A DNA stretch of 64,000 nt, taken from an uncultured Nitrospinota bacterium (GTDB lineage: Bacteria; Tectomicrobia; Entotheonellia; J063; CAVPRW01). This document shows positions 41,718-52,224 of the stretch, in pieces. The stretch lies in the NCBI GenBank assembly GCA_963707985.1, contig CAVPRW010000010.1, positions 32,001 through 96,000 of the forward strand, in the 5' to 3' direction. The notes below the pieces were generated by a model. The model saw only the letters and a list, made by a program, of their open reading frames with translations, searched no databases and was not told the origin of the DNA. Both the position numbers and the translations under genes were made by a program. Every line of letters begins with the position of its first letter. Positions within the stretch are counted from its first letter, which is position 1.

Positions 41718-42088
41718 AAACCGGTCTCCCCATCATCACCTGGATCGTCGCCACGCGATTGTCGTTCGTTGTATCCCTATAAACTGCCAGGCGTCGGGTG
41801 GCCTCGCTCTGACGCCGCGTCCCTGCGTGTTCTTAAAAGAAACCAGCAGCTTCGCGGCGATGGATAGGAGGCGCTCAGGGAACAGTCACCTGGACATATC
41901 TCCACATCAAAATATATCAATTAATATCAAATCGCAATTATCTTTTCTTATTTATTCTGATTACAGCTGGTGTGCTCCGATGCGAGGGGCCTTCGCACTC
42001 GCACCGGAGCTCAGCCAGACGGCGCCGATTCCCGGTGATCGGCGCATCGCGGCACTAGAGGCCATGAGTCCAATAACGGAGAGAAACG

Positions 42089-43021
42089 ATGCCAGGGGAA
42101 TGGGAGAGGTTCATCGACACGATCCGCGCCGATAACACGTCTGGCGCGGCAGAATTGGCCAGGATGGCGGCTATCGCGGTTCTGGAGTGGATCGACCATA
42201 CGGTATCGATGCCACCCCACGCCTGGAAGCAGGCGATATTGGCCTTTGCTCCAGAGCTATACATGGCGCAGCCAGCCATGGCCCCGCTGTTCAATCTTGT
42301 CAATGATATCCTGCTGGCGCTGGAATCGACTGACGTTCAGGACGAGCCTCAAGCATGCGTCCGACGCGCCGTGCAGGCCTTCCTCGAACAACTCACCAAT
42401 GTGCAGGAGCGCATGACGACGGTGACAGTAGGGCTGCTCCCCCCTGGAGCGCGTATTCTGACGTTTTCCTACAGCTCCAGCGTCCTGGCCGTATTGCTCG
42501 CGGCCCATGCACGCCAGCGCATATCAGCGGTATTCTGTACGGAGGGCCGTCCTATGCTGGAAGGGCAACGCCTTACCCGAGAGCTGGCGAGGTCTGGTAT
42601 GGCGGTGGAACTGGGCATCGATGCGGCCATCACGACGTTCACAGAGCATGCTGACTTGGCTCTAGTGGGAGCAGACAGCGTGACCATGGGCGGCATAGTC
42701 AACAAACTGGGGACGACCAGCCTGGCGCTGGCATGTCGGCACACGGGCATCCCCTGCTACGTGGTTGCCGATCGTCACAAATGGTTCCCAGCTGGAGCAG
42801 CCGCGCCTGCATTCAGCCATTTCAAGCCAGCGGTCGAAGTGTGGTCTCATCCTCCCACCGGGGTGACGATCTGGAACACGTATTTTGAGTCCACACCACT
42901 GACGCTGTTCAGCGGCATCATCGGGGAAAACGGTCTGCAAGGGCCGCAGGCACTGCAGCGGGAATTGCTAGCGCTGCCGATCGCACAGGTCCTGCGCAGC
43001 AGTACATCAGGAGCGGACTAG
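42089..43021 (+). CDS. eIF-2B alpha/beta/delta-family (IF-2B) protein
   Basis: DNTSGAAEL, QPAMAPLFN, LTFSYSSSV, EGRPMLEG, VGADSV, NKLGT and NTYFESTP. Confidence 0.85.
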   Translation: MPGEWERFIDTIRADNTSGAAELARMAAIAVLEWIDHTVSMPPHAWKQAILAFAPELYMAQPAMAPLFNLVNDILLALESTDVQDEPQACVRRAVQAFLEQLTNVQERMTTVTVGLLPPGARILTFSYSSSVLAVLLAAHARQRISAVFCTEGRPMLEGQRLTRELARSGMAVELGIDAAITTFTEHADLALVGADSVTMGGIVNKLGTTSLALACRHTGIPCYVVADRHKWFPAGAAAPAFSHFKPAVEVWSHPPTGVTIWNTYFESTPLTLFSGIIGENGLQGPQALQRELLALPIAQVLRSSTSGAD

Positions 43022-43974
43022 CTCGATTTTCGGGGTCGCCGTGTAGGTGGAGGCGGCGCAGTCGGTGCTGGAAGATCGGGCCATCGCAAACCGGCTAATA
43101 GGTAGTGCACTGCCAAGCTCTGAAACGCTCCCCAGCGTGTGGCAAACGTGCGTACTTCCTCGCTAGATGGAGCTTGTCCGTTGAAATAAAATTTCCCCAC
43201 GGCTTTGCGCACACCCAGATCGCCAGCCGCGATCACATCGCCACGCCCTAACCCTCGGGCGAGCAGCCAGTCTGCGGTCCAGCGGCCTAAGCCTTTGACC
43301 TGTATGATGCGCTCGATGACCTCGTCATTAGACAGCTTGGGAAACTCTTCAAATTTCAACTCCCCACTGGCCACAAGGCGTGCCAGGTTGACGATATACT
43401 CAGCCTTGCGCCAGCTAAATTGCATATCGCGCAGGTCCTGCAGCGAGGCCTCGGCGAGACTCTCTGGCGTGGGAAAGCCGTAGAGCCTTTTGCCGTCAAT
43501 GATCACCGATGGACCGAAGCGCTTGATCAGGCGGCTGCGGGTAGTCGTAGCGAAGGTGAGATTGACTTGTTGGGCACTGATTGAAGTCACTAGGGCTTCG
43601 AACAACGTCGGCGCGCGCGGCGGGCGCATACCATAGCAGCGGGCGATGACACGTGCCAGGATGGGATCGGCATCGGCCCAGTGATAAAAAGGTTCGAGAT
43701 CGATGTCCAAGCTGAGGGAGTGCTGGACCTCATCCTCGACCGTACCTCGATGTCGGGCCTGCGCCAGTCCCCCGACAATCTGCACCTGAATCACGGGGTC
43801 TGCTACCGACCCTGCACCGCGCAAAACATATACCCATAGTCTGCCGTCGATGTCGATGACGCGCTGATAGACGCCATCGACATAGGCATGCGCCGCATCG
43901 TCGCCGAAAAGTCGATAGCGTTGCAGCGTCAGGTCAAGATCGCATGGCCCCTGAGGACGGATCGAAAACTCCAT
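43018..43974 (-). CDS. alkA: DNA-3-methyladenine glycosylase II (AlkA/HhH-GPD family)
   Basis: FEALVTSISAQQV, FPTPESLA, KGLGRWTA and GDLGVR. Confidence 0.85.
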   Translation of the reverse strand: MEFSIRPQGPCDLDLTLQRYRLFGDDAAHAYVDGVYQRVIDIDGRLWVYVLRGAGSVADPVIQVQIVGGLAQARHRGTVEDEVQHSLSLDIDLEPFYHWADADPILARVIARCYGMRPPRAPTLFEALVTSISAQQVNLTFATTTRSRLIKRFGPSVIIDGKRLYGFPTPESLAEASLQDLRDMQFSWRKAEYIVNLARLVASGELKFEEFPKLSNDEVIERIIQVKGLGRWTADWLLARGLGRGDVIAAGDLGVRKAVGKFYFNGQAPSSEEVRTFATRWGAFQSLAVHYLLAGLRWPDLPAPTAPPPPTRRPRKSS

Positions 43975-44325
43975 CGCCTACCTCCAGCAGAATGCGTGAT
44001 GTGTACCAAAATCTTCTATCACAAGGGCATCCCCTCCTACGCCAATTGCCCACGTGATCCGCTTTCAAGGCGATATTATGACACGGTACGTGAGCTGGAT
44101 TGTCAACAATTTGCACGGTCCACTCACGAATGTTCGTCGTGTTTCGATGGAGAGGAAACCTCATCTGGGCGCATTAGTTGGCGCCTATTCTCCGTTTTTC
44201 CTTACTTGCTCCAGCGCACGTGTTGTGATAGCGTCGTCCGGTGCTTTCCGGAGTTTGGGAATGTTCTCATGGGAACCCCCTGTGGAGAGAGGGTGAACGC
44301 TGTTATTGATGACGCAAGGGAAGGT

Positions 44326-45087
44326 ATGTTCGTGATGCCGACTGTGAAGGGGATTGGGTTCGATCTGTTTGGTACCCTCGTGCTCCAGGAGCGATTCAGC
44401 TTCGATCAATGTATCGACGCGCTCTATGTGAGCTTGCGATCCAGCGGGTTTGCGCTCGAAAAGGACACCTTTGTCCCAGCCTATCGCCAGGTCAATCGCC
44501 GATTTATGGAACAGACCAAGGTGGATGGTCGTGAGACGCACAATCGTCTGTGGGTTGCTGGAGCGTTACAGACCCTTGGATATGAGATTGACCCCGCCGA
44601 TGTGCGGGTTAACAAGGCCGTAGAAGCCTATTTCGAGCCCTTCGTTAGCAGCTGTCAGCTCATCCCCGGAACAGATGACATGCTGGCCAGCCTCGCGGGT
44701 CGGTATCGATTGGGATTGGTTTCCAACTTCACTCATCCTCCAGCGGTCGAGCAAATCCTGGCCCGCGTGGGGCTTGAGCGTTTTCTTGACGAGATCATCG
44801 TTTCGGGACGACTGGGGATCCGTAAACCTCATCCGGCCATTTTCGGTGAGCTAACGAGGCTCCTCGCACTGGCGCCGGATGAGATCGTGTTTGTCGGGGA
44901 TGACCTGCAGGCGGACATCGTCGGCGCCCAGAAGGCTGGAATGCATGCTGTATGGATGACGTATCGCCAACAGCTTGAGCGGCCATCTCCGCTTGGACAG
45001 TTTTTGGGGATGTCCGAGGAGGCAGAGGGGATACACCCAGACCACATAGTGGCTAATTGGACTGAGTTTCTCTCAACCTTGGCATGA
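44326..45087 (+). CDS. HAD-superfamily hydrolase
   Basis: FDLFGTL, LVSNF, RKPHPAIF and FVGDDLQADIVGA. Confidence 0.88.
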   Translation: MFVMPTVKGIGFDLFGTLVLQERFSFDQCIDALYVSLRSSGFALEKDTFVPAYRQVNRRFMEQTKVDGRETHNRLWVAGALQTLGYEIDPADVRVNKAVEAYFEPFVSSCQLIPGTDDMLASLAGRYRLGLVSNFTHPPAVEQILARVGLERFLDEIIVSGRLGIRKPHPAIFGELTRLLALAPDEIVFVGDDLQADIVGAQKAGMHAVWMTYRQQLERPSPLGQFLGMSEEAEGIHPDHIVANWTEFLSTLA

Positions 45088-45146
45088 GAGCCCATCCGGG
45101 GTTGGCGAACGATTGGGTTGGAAACGCGAGAGAAAAATGGTGCAAG

Positions 45147-45218
<72 letters not shown>

Positions 45219-45343
45219 CATCGTTGGGTTGCTTGTTGTCAGGAGGTGTGCATCATCATAACGAGGCTAGGATACGAGTGCAAGGGATTTTTGCCAGGGT
45301 ACCATAGGGCCCCCATCCAGGGAAGGCTGCATAGGTCGACATC

Positions 45344-45971
45344 ATGTCCGAGATTCTTGATCACGAACACTCGAGCTGACCAGCTCCTGCAATTGGAGGA
45401 GCTGCAAATCCTCTGCTATCCCACGCTGGCGGATAGCAGTCGCTTTAAAATGGTGCATCTCGAAAGCCACCTGCGGATTTTCCCAGAAGGGCAATGGGTA
45501 GCCCTCGACGGCGCACGCGTAGTGGGGATGTCGGCGGGATTCCTCTACACGTTCGACTTTGACCATCCGCACCACAGTTTCGATGAAATTATCGATTATG
45601 GTTTCTTCACGCGCCATGAGCCGCACGGGCAGCATTTCTACGGGGCAGACGTCAGTGTGCATCCGGATTACCGGGGCCGTGGCATCAGCCGTCGTCTCTA
45701 CGATGCCCGCAAAGCGTTGGTTCGGCAGCGTCTACTGCGTGGTATCGTGACCGGGGGCATGATTCCAGGTTTCGTGCACTATAAAGCAGTGATGGATGCA
45801 CAGACGTATGTTGCCCACGTCGTCTCCGGCGACATATTCGATCCTACCCTGTCCGTTCAATTACGGCAAGGCTTTCGCGTACGAGGCCTGTTGCCCAATT
45901 ACCTTCCTGACAGCGCCACAGACGGGTGGTCGGTGCTGATTGAATGGACGCCTGATTTGACCGCACCCTAA
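45344..45971 (+). CDS. GNAT-family N-acetyltransferase
   Basis: FPEGQWVA, YGADVSVHPDYRGRGISRRLYDARK and DPTLSVQLRQGF. ATG 45344 is out of frame by one base, so either there is an indel or the start is the TTG at 45357. Confidence 0.82.
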
Positions 45972-46128
45972 AGATTTTGTATCATAAGCCTGCTGTTCAG
46001 TCTGGGTGGGGGCCTTCTCACTTGTAAGACTGACGAGTGGGCTTTATGCCACCCGGGATTTCGAAGCCCCGTTTTGGCGACGCAGCTGGTGGCAAAACGT
46101 GTCGACTATATGGAGCGGTGATAGCCCT

Positions 46129-46374
46129 GTGACACCTCATGTTCCCCCACCGGGACGCTCGATATGGCGATGGCTTTTGTATTGCGGGGGCGTCTGCCTA
46201 GAACTGCTGGGCATGGCATTTATGGGGGCGGTCATTGTGATGTTTTTTGGACAGGTGGAGGCAGGCGATTTGCTCTCACTGACCGCTCGGGGAATGATCT
46301 TATTTTACAGTGGGTGGTTTTGTGTGCGACAGGCGAGTCGAGGAGCAGGGCAGGCCTCGCAAGAACAGGGGTGA
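46129..46374 (+). CDS. Small 2-TM hypothetical protein
   Basis: Two hydrophobic helices; the start is uncertain. Confidence 0.45.
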   Translation: MTPHVPPPGRSIWRWLLYCGGVCLELLGMAFMGAVIVMFFGQVEAGDLLSLTARGMILFYSGWFCVRQASRGAGQASQEQG

Positions 46375-46379
46375 GAAGC

Positions 46380-46505
46380 ATGCGCGTAGAACGCGAGCGG
46401 GAACTGCGGAGACGTCGGAAGCGTCATGAAAAGGCTCGCAAGGAGCGCCGCAAAGCGGCTTTGATGCAGGCAGGGAAGTGGCCGCTGACCCCCATCAGGA
46501 CATAG
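46380..46505 (+). CDS. Small basic protein
   Basis: MRVERERELRRRRKRHEKARKERRK..., 41 aa. Confidence 0.5.
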   Translation: MRVERERELRRRRKRHEKARKERRKAALMQAGKWPLTPIRT

Positions 46506-46511
46506 GGGTCG

Positions 46512-48996
46512 TTAGCCGACATGCATGAGTTCGAATTTTTGGTGCCAGCGGTGCATGAGCGCCTGACTCAGACCCTTGTGTTCGGGGTGGGACAGGTGGG
46601 GATCCTCAGCCACAAGGGCAAAGGCCTCGCGACGTGCTTCGGCCAGGATGCGCTGATCACGGATGAGATGGGCCACCCGCAACTCCGGCAGTCCGGACTG
46701 GCGCGTGCCTAGGAATTCCCCAGGACCACGAATCTCCAGATCACGTTCGGCGATCATGAAACCGTCGTGGTGCTCCGTCAGTGCCTGTAAACGCTGCTTG
46801 GCCTCTTCTGACATGGGGAAATCGGCCATCAACAGACAATAGGCTTGGTGATGGCTGCGTCCCACACGCCCCCGTAGCTGATGCAATTGGGCCAACCCAA
46901 AACGTTCGGCGTGTTCCACAAGCATAAGCGAGGCGTTAGGGACATCTACTCCGACCTCGATGACGGTAGTTGAGACCAACACCTGCAGGTTCCCACTTGA
47001 AAAAGCACGCATAATCTGCTCTTTCTCGTTGCTTTTCAAGCGCCCGTGCAGCAATCCCACCTGAAATTCTTGAAAGACCTCGCGTTGGAGCTGCTCTGCC
47101 ATGGCTGTCGCGGCACGCAGGTCGGTTTTCTCTGATTCCTCAATCACTGGATACACTACATACACCTGTTGCCCCTGGCGCAACACCTGTCTCATGAGCT
47201 CATAACTTTCGTCCCGACGACTCTCGTAGCACAGCTTGGTGATGACTGGCAGCCGGCCGGGCGGGAGCTCATCGATGATCGATACCTCCAGGTCGCCATA
47301 CACGGTCATGGCAAGCGTGCGTGGGATGGGAGTCGCTGTCATGACCAATACATCTGGAGAGTAGCCCTTGCGCTTCAGCGTCGCCCGCTGGAGCACGCCG
47401 AAGCGATGTTGCTCATCGATGACCGCCAAGCCAAGCGCCTTGAACTCCAACCCTTCCTGAATGAGGGCATGAGTCCCGATAACGAGGTCAACGTCGCCGG
47501 CGGTGATGGTCTCTAACAGTTCCCGTCGTCGGCTGCCTTTGATGGCGCTCGTCAACAACACCACACGCACACCAAACGGTTCCACCAGACGATGCATGGT
47601 CAGATAATGTTGTTCGGCGAGAATCTCCGTTGGCACCATGATCGCTGCCTGAAAGCCGCTTTCGATGGCCAGCAGCATCGCCAGCAAGGCGACGATGGTT
47701 TTACCGCTGCCCACATCACCTTGGAGTAAGCGATTCATCGGGTGCAGCCGCACGCATATTGGCCGATTATCTCGGCTAACACATGCTCCTGCGCCGTGGT
47801 GAGTTTGAACGGTAGTTGAGCGCGCAATTGATCGGCCAAGCGCACCAGTGCCGCGATACGCGACCCGGCGCTCTTCGATCGTCGTATCGCGCTGCCGCAG
47901 CGCCAGCCCAAGCTCCAGAAGAAATAGTTCCTCAAAGACCAGGCGGCGATGGGCTTCTGAGGACCCATGGTTCAACGCATCCAGATCGGCGTCAGCGGAC
48001 GGAAAGTGGACCTCTTGGAGATGCCTGTGAAGCCCCCATGAGATGTAAGTCGCGCTCGCAGGGCCGACGGTAGACAGTCCTCGACCTGATCGGCATACTC
48101 ATCCACAATGCGTTTGATGAACCGTGCGCAACGTTTTCTGGTGCAGGCCTTCGGTGGTCGGATACACTGGCACCAGACGCCCGGTATGGAGCGGCTCACG
48201 CTCATCGGCCTCAATGAGCTCCAAATCGGGGTGGTGCACCTCCTTGCGCTGTCCAGAGTATGGATTGATGCGGACCTCACCGGTCACTATCACCCGCTGG
48301 CCTGTGCGATAGCGCTGGCGCATGTAGGCTTCGTGAAACTGGAACCACAGGCAACGAATCGTCCCCGTGGCATCGCCGACGATCATTTCATAGAGCCGCC
48401 TGCCTCGTCCGGTTCGGCTGCTGCCGGAGACCAGGATGGTGCCTTCGAAGGTCTCCTGTGTCCCGACCTGTCAGGTTGCGGATCTGCTTCAGATTGGTGC
48501 GGTCATCATATCGGCGCGGCAGGAGCGCCAGGGCATCACCGATGGTCTCGATCCCTAATCGCTGGAGCATCTGCGCACGGGCCGGGCCCACGCCCTTGAG
48601 AAATTGGATCGACTGAGTCAGGACGTTGACAGGTGTCGGGGATGTGATCGGAGCATCCGAAGTGGAGACGAGGGGATGACGTTGTGGACTCTCAGGGAGC
48701 GGTCGATCGACAAGTGCCATGAGATGATCGAGGTGGCCAAGGGCTGTGCTGATGAGCTGATGCTTCGTGTTGGGATCGGACCGGTCGAAACCGGTGAAGA
48801 GACGACGGCAGGCATCGAGGTTGGCGGCAAGCTCTGGCGCAGGGTGCAATGCCGAGGCTGCCTCCAACCATTCGAGCAGGCGCCCTTCGAGGTCCTGGAG
48901 CACCGCGATCTTACGCACATTCTGGCGGGCTGCAAACTCGAGAGGACGCCGTAGCTGCTGCAACCGCTCGACAAACTGGTCGCGATCAAAGGCCAT
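46512..48996 (-). CDS. recG: ATP-dependent DNA helicase RecG (several frameshifts at ~47740-48480)
   Basis: LKGVGPAR, LPRRYDDR, PVYPTTEGL, RRLVFEELF, MNRLLQGDVGSGKT, DEQHRFGV and QLHQLRGRVGR are spread over several frames. Confidence 0.93.
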
Positions 48997-49054
48997 GCCT
49001 ACCCCTATCGTCGATCTTCACAACTCCCCTTGGCTAATCGGTGAGGAAAAAACG

Positions 49055-49083
49055 TTGAGCTCTCGGGGAGGCTTTGGTATAGT
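49055..49083 (+). promoter_or_regulatory. Sigma70-like promoter of rpmB
   Basis: TTGAGC, 17-nt spacer, TATAGT with an extended -10 TGn. Confidence 0.55.
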
Positions 49084-49132
49084 ATCGCCGCTGTCGACCG
49101 AGAGCTCATCTGTTCATGGGGAGGTAGGAGGT

Positions 49133-49324
49133 ATGGCTCGGATATGTGACATCTGTTCCAAAGCCCCGATGTTCGGGCACAATATCAGCCACGCGCACAA
49201 TGTTACCAATCGCCGTTGGACGCCCAACATTCAGCGCATCAAGGTACGCCACGAGGGGAAAGTTCGTCGTATCCGTATCTGCACGCGCTGCCTGCGGTCA
49301 GGCAAGATTGAAAAGGTGATCTAA
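49133..49324 (+). CDS. rpmB: 50S ribosomal protein L28 (zinc-binding C+ form)
   Basis: MARICDICSK...SHAHNVTNRRWTPNIQ...CTRCLRSGK; strong RBS. Confidence 0.97.
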   Translation: MARICDICSKAPMFGHNISHAHNVTNRRWTPNIQRIKVRHEGKVRRIRICTRCLRSGKIEKVI

Positions 49325-49383
49325 CCGCAAGAAGATTGCGCCAACGGAAGCTCCAACGGTATCCGACAGGCGGTCGTCGCGGG

Positions 49384-51564
49384 TCACGCATGGCGTTTCC
49401 GCGGCCAATCTTTCACACGTATGACAGAGATGACCCCTTTCACCTGGCGAATCATCTTCATCACGCCTTGGAGATGATTGAGGTCATTAATATCGATGAC
49501 GAAGTTGAACAATGCCCGCTGTTCATCGCTCGTGGTCACAGTGGCCTCACGGATATTGACGTCGGAGAGCGCGATGGCGGCACTGATCTTCGCCAACATG
49601 CCGGTACGATCGACTGTCACGACCGAAATCCCGACCGGGTGCGGGATCACCTCTTCGACATCCCACTCGACCTCGATCATGCGTTCCGGCGTAAACTCGA
49701 CGAGGCGGGGACAATCCGATGTATGGATGGATACACCCCGTCCAATCGTGATGAAGCCAACAATGTCGTCCCCCGGCACCGGGTTGCAGCAGCGGGCGTA
49801 GCGGGTCATGATATCCTCAACGCCTCGCACCTTTACCCCGCCGACCTCATGGGCGGGAAGCTGTTTCGAGTCCGCCTTCGTGGGTTTCTGGCGCGCTTCC
49901 AAAACTTCCTTTGGCAGGAGTTTCGTCAGTACCTGAATGACTGAGATTTTGCCAAAGCCGATTTCGGCCATCAGGTCGATCGGCGTATTGAGGCTGAAAC
50001 GCTTCGCGACCTCGCTCATCTCCTCTGATTTCAACAAACTGCCGGCATTCAACCCATACTTCTGGATTTCGCGTTCAAGCAGTTCCTTGCCGAGGGTGAT
50101 GCTGCGTTCTTTCTCGGTGGCTTTAATCCAGGCTCTGATCTTGGCACGGGCGCGCGACGTCTTGACGATCTTCAACCAGTCTTTGCTGGGAAAGTGGTTG
50201 GGGTTGGTCAGAATCTCAATGACGTCCCCATTACGTAATTGATACTTCAGTGGCACCATACGATTGTTGACTTTAGCCCCGACGCACTTGTGCCCAATGG
50301 CGGTATGAATCGAATAGGCGAAGTCGATCGGGGTGGCGCCGCGAGGAAATGATTTGACGTCTCCGCGTGGTGTAAAGACATAGACCTCTTCGGGAAAGAG
50401 ATCGATCTTCAACGTCTCCATGAAATCATGGGCATCCCCCGCCGTGTCCTGCTGCCAATCTAGCAGTTGCCGCAACCAGGCGAACTTCTCGGTAACCTTC
50501 TCGTCGCTCTTACCTCCTTCCTTGTAGCGCCAATGGGCGGCAATGCCCTGCTCAGCGGTCTTATGCATGTCTTCGGTACGAATTTGGAATTCGACCCGCT
50601 CCCCCTGTGGTCCCATCAACGTCGTGTGCAAAGATTGGTACAAATTGGGCTTGGGGAGAGCGATAAAATCCTTGAATCGGCCTGGAACCGGGGTCCACAG
50701 CGCATGTAAGGTGCCGAGGGCAGCGTAGCAATTGCGCACGTTGTCAGTGATGATGCGTAGGCCAATGACATCATAGACATCATCGAAGCCAATTTTTTGC
50801 CGCAGCATCTTTTGATAAATACTGTAGAAGTGCTTAGGGCGCCCGAGCACTCTCGCGGGAACCCCGGAACCTTCCAACTCGACGAAGACACGCTCCCGGA
50901 TCTTCGCGACATAGGCTTCGCGCTCTTGTCGCCGTGATGCAATCTGGTCCTTCAAGTCGTGGTAGGCTTCCGGGTTCAGATACTTGAACGAGATATCTTC
51001 CAACTCCGATTTGACCCAATGGATACCCAGACGGTTGGCCAACGGCGCATAGATGTCCATCGTCTCCTGGGCGATGCGCTGCTGCTTATGCTCCGGCAGG
51101 TACTCGAGCGTGCGCATGTTGTGCAGGCGGTCGCCGAGTTTGACCAGGATGACACGGATGTCTTTAGCCATGGCGAGCAGCATCTTGCGAAAGGTTTCCG
51201 CTTGCCGCTCTTCCTGCCGCGAGAACTCGACCCGTCCTAATTTCGTCACACCGTCGACAATCACCGCCACCTCTTCACCAAACTCCTGCTGTAGCTGTGC
51301 CACCGTCACATCGCAATCTTCCACGGTGTCATGTAACAAACCACTACCAATGGTGACCGAGTCCATACGCAGGTCAGCCAGAATCATCGACACGCCAAGA
51401 GGATGGCTTAGATAGGGGGAGCCGCTGGCACGGCGATGTCCGGCATGACTCTTGGCCGCAAAGTTATAGGCGCGCTCGATGAGTTCCAGCTCGGCATTGG
51501 GATTGTATGACTGGACTTTCGATATGAGCTCTTGGACATCAGCCACCGCCGCATTATCCGACAT
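49384..51564 (-). CDS. rel: Bifunctional (p)ppGpp synthetase/hydrolase (long RSH)
   Basis: HD motif LLHDTVED, DRLHNMRTL, GRPKH, YQSLHT and EFQIRT; TGS, ZFD and ACT domains. Confidence 0.96.
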   Translation of the reverse strand: MSDNAAVADVQELISKVQSYNPNAELELIERAYNFAAKSHAGHRRASGSPYLSHPLGVSMILADLRMDSVTIGSGLLHDTVEDCDVTVAQLQQEFGEEVAVIVDGVTKLGRVEFSRQEERQAETFRKMLLAMAKDIRVILVKLGDRLHNMRTLEYLPEHKQQRIAQETMDIYAPLANRLGIHWVKSELEDISFKYLNPEAYHDLKDQIASRRQEREAYVAKIRERVFVELEGSGVPARVLGRPKHFYSIYQKMLRQKIGFDDVYDVIGLRIITDNVRNCYAALGTLHALWTPVPGRFKDFIALPKPNLYQSLHTTLMGPQGERVEFQIRTEDMHKTAEQGIAAHWRYKEGGKSDEKVTEKFAWLRQLLDWQQDTAGDAHDFMETLKIDLFPEEVYVFTPRGDVKSFPRGATPIDFAYSIHTAIGHKCVGAKVNNRMVPLKYQLRNGDVIEILTNPNHFPSKDWLKIVKTSRARAKIRAWIKATEKERSITLGKELLEREIQKYGLNAGSLLKSEEMSEVAKRFSLNTPIDLMAEIGFGKISVIQVLTKLLPKEVLEARQKPTKADSKQLPAHEVGGVKVRGVEDIMTRYARCCNPVPGDDIVGFITIGRGVSIHTSDCPRLVEFTPERMIEVEWDVEEVIPHPVGISVVTVDRTGMLAKISAAIALSDVNIREATVTTSDEQRALFNFVIDINDLNHLQGVMKMIRQVKGVISVIRVKDWPRKRHA

Positions 51565-51760
51565 GATGTGATTCCTTCCGTGCTGTCTCATCCGAGGCTG
51601 TTGGGGTGACGTCTATTTCCTCACCCCCCTGTGCCATCAGTTTCAAATTCCGGATCGCGCTCCGAAAATTGTTGCCAAGCTGCGACAATCGGCCCCAGCC
51701 GAATATAAACAGGACTATGCCTAAGACGACTACAAGTTCCGCAAAACCGAAGCCGAACAT
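51554..51760 (-). CDS. tatA: Twin-arginine translocase TatA/E-like subunit
   Basis: MFGFGFAELVVVLGIVLFIFG..RL..LG....AIRNLK...EEIDVTP. Confidence 0.75.
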   Translation of the reverse strand: MFGFGFAELVVVLGIVLFIFGWGRLSQLGNNFRSAIRNLKLMAQGGEEIDVTPTASDETARKESHHVG

Positions 51761-52224
51761 CGTTTCTCCCACAGGCACCCAAAGCAAGCGACCTAATGTC
51801 GATGTGTCAAAGTCGTCAGCTGGTATCTGGGGCATCCTCTGCAACAACCACCACAACCGCGATGGATTTGTCGCCCCTGCCGACGTGGTCAACACCACAT
51901 CAAAACACTTGGTAGGGGCAGGACCAAGGGCAACAGCTTTGAGTCTATCAAAGCCTACCCCTGGGTGTCAACCGGAGGGAAGCCTAATCAACCAACGTCT
52001 CAGCCGGAGGGGAGACCGCTGCTTTGGGTTGCAAAGCTCTGCCCCACCAGTAGATATTGGGTACGCCACCAATCATCCACAGGGCTATTGCACCACTCTC
52101 CAGGTGTAAGTTAGTGAAATTCCGAAGTGAACCCGGTGAGGATAGCCGCGTTGACTCCTGACAACCCGTATGATACCGTATCTATTAAATTACCCACAGT
52201 CGATCTCTACAAAGGTTTCCAGGT

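Noticed and set aside
52010..52045. GCAAAGC motif as a c-di-GMP-I riboswitch
   Set aside because: The upstream GGCAAAC...GAAA P2 architecture is absent.
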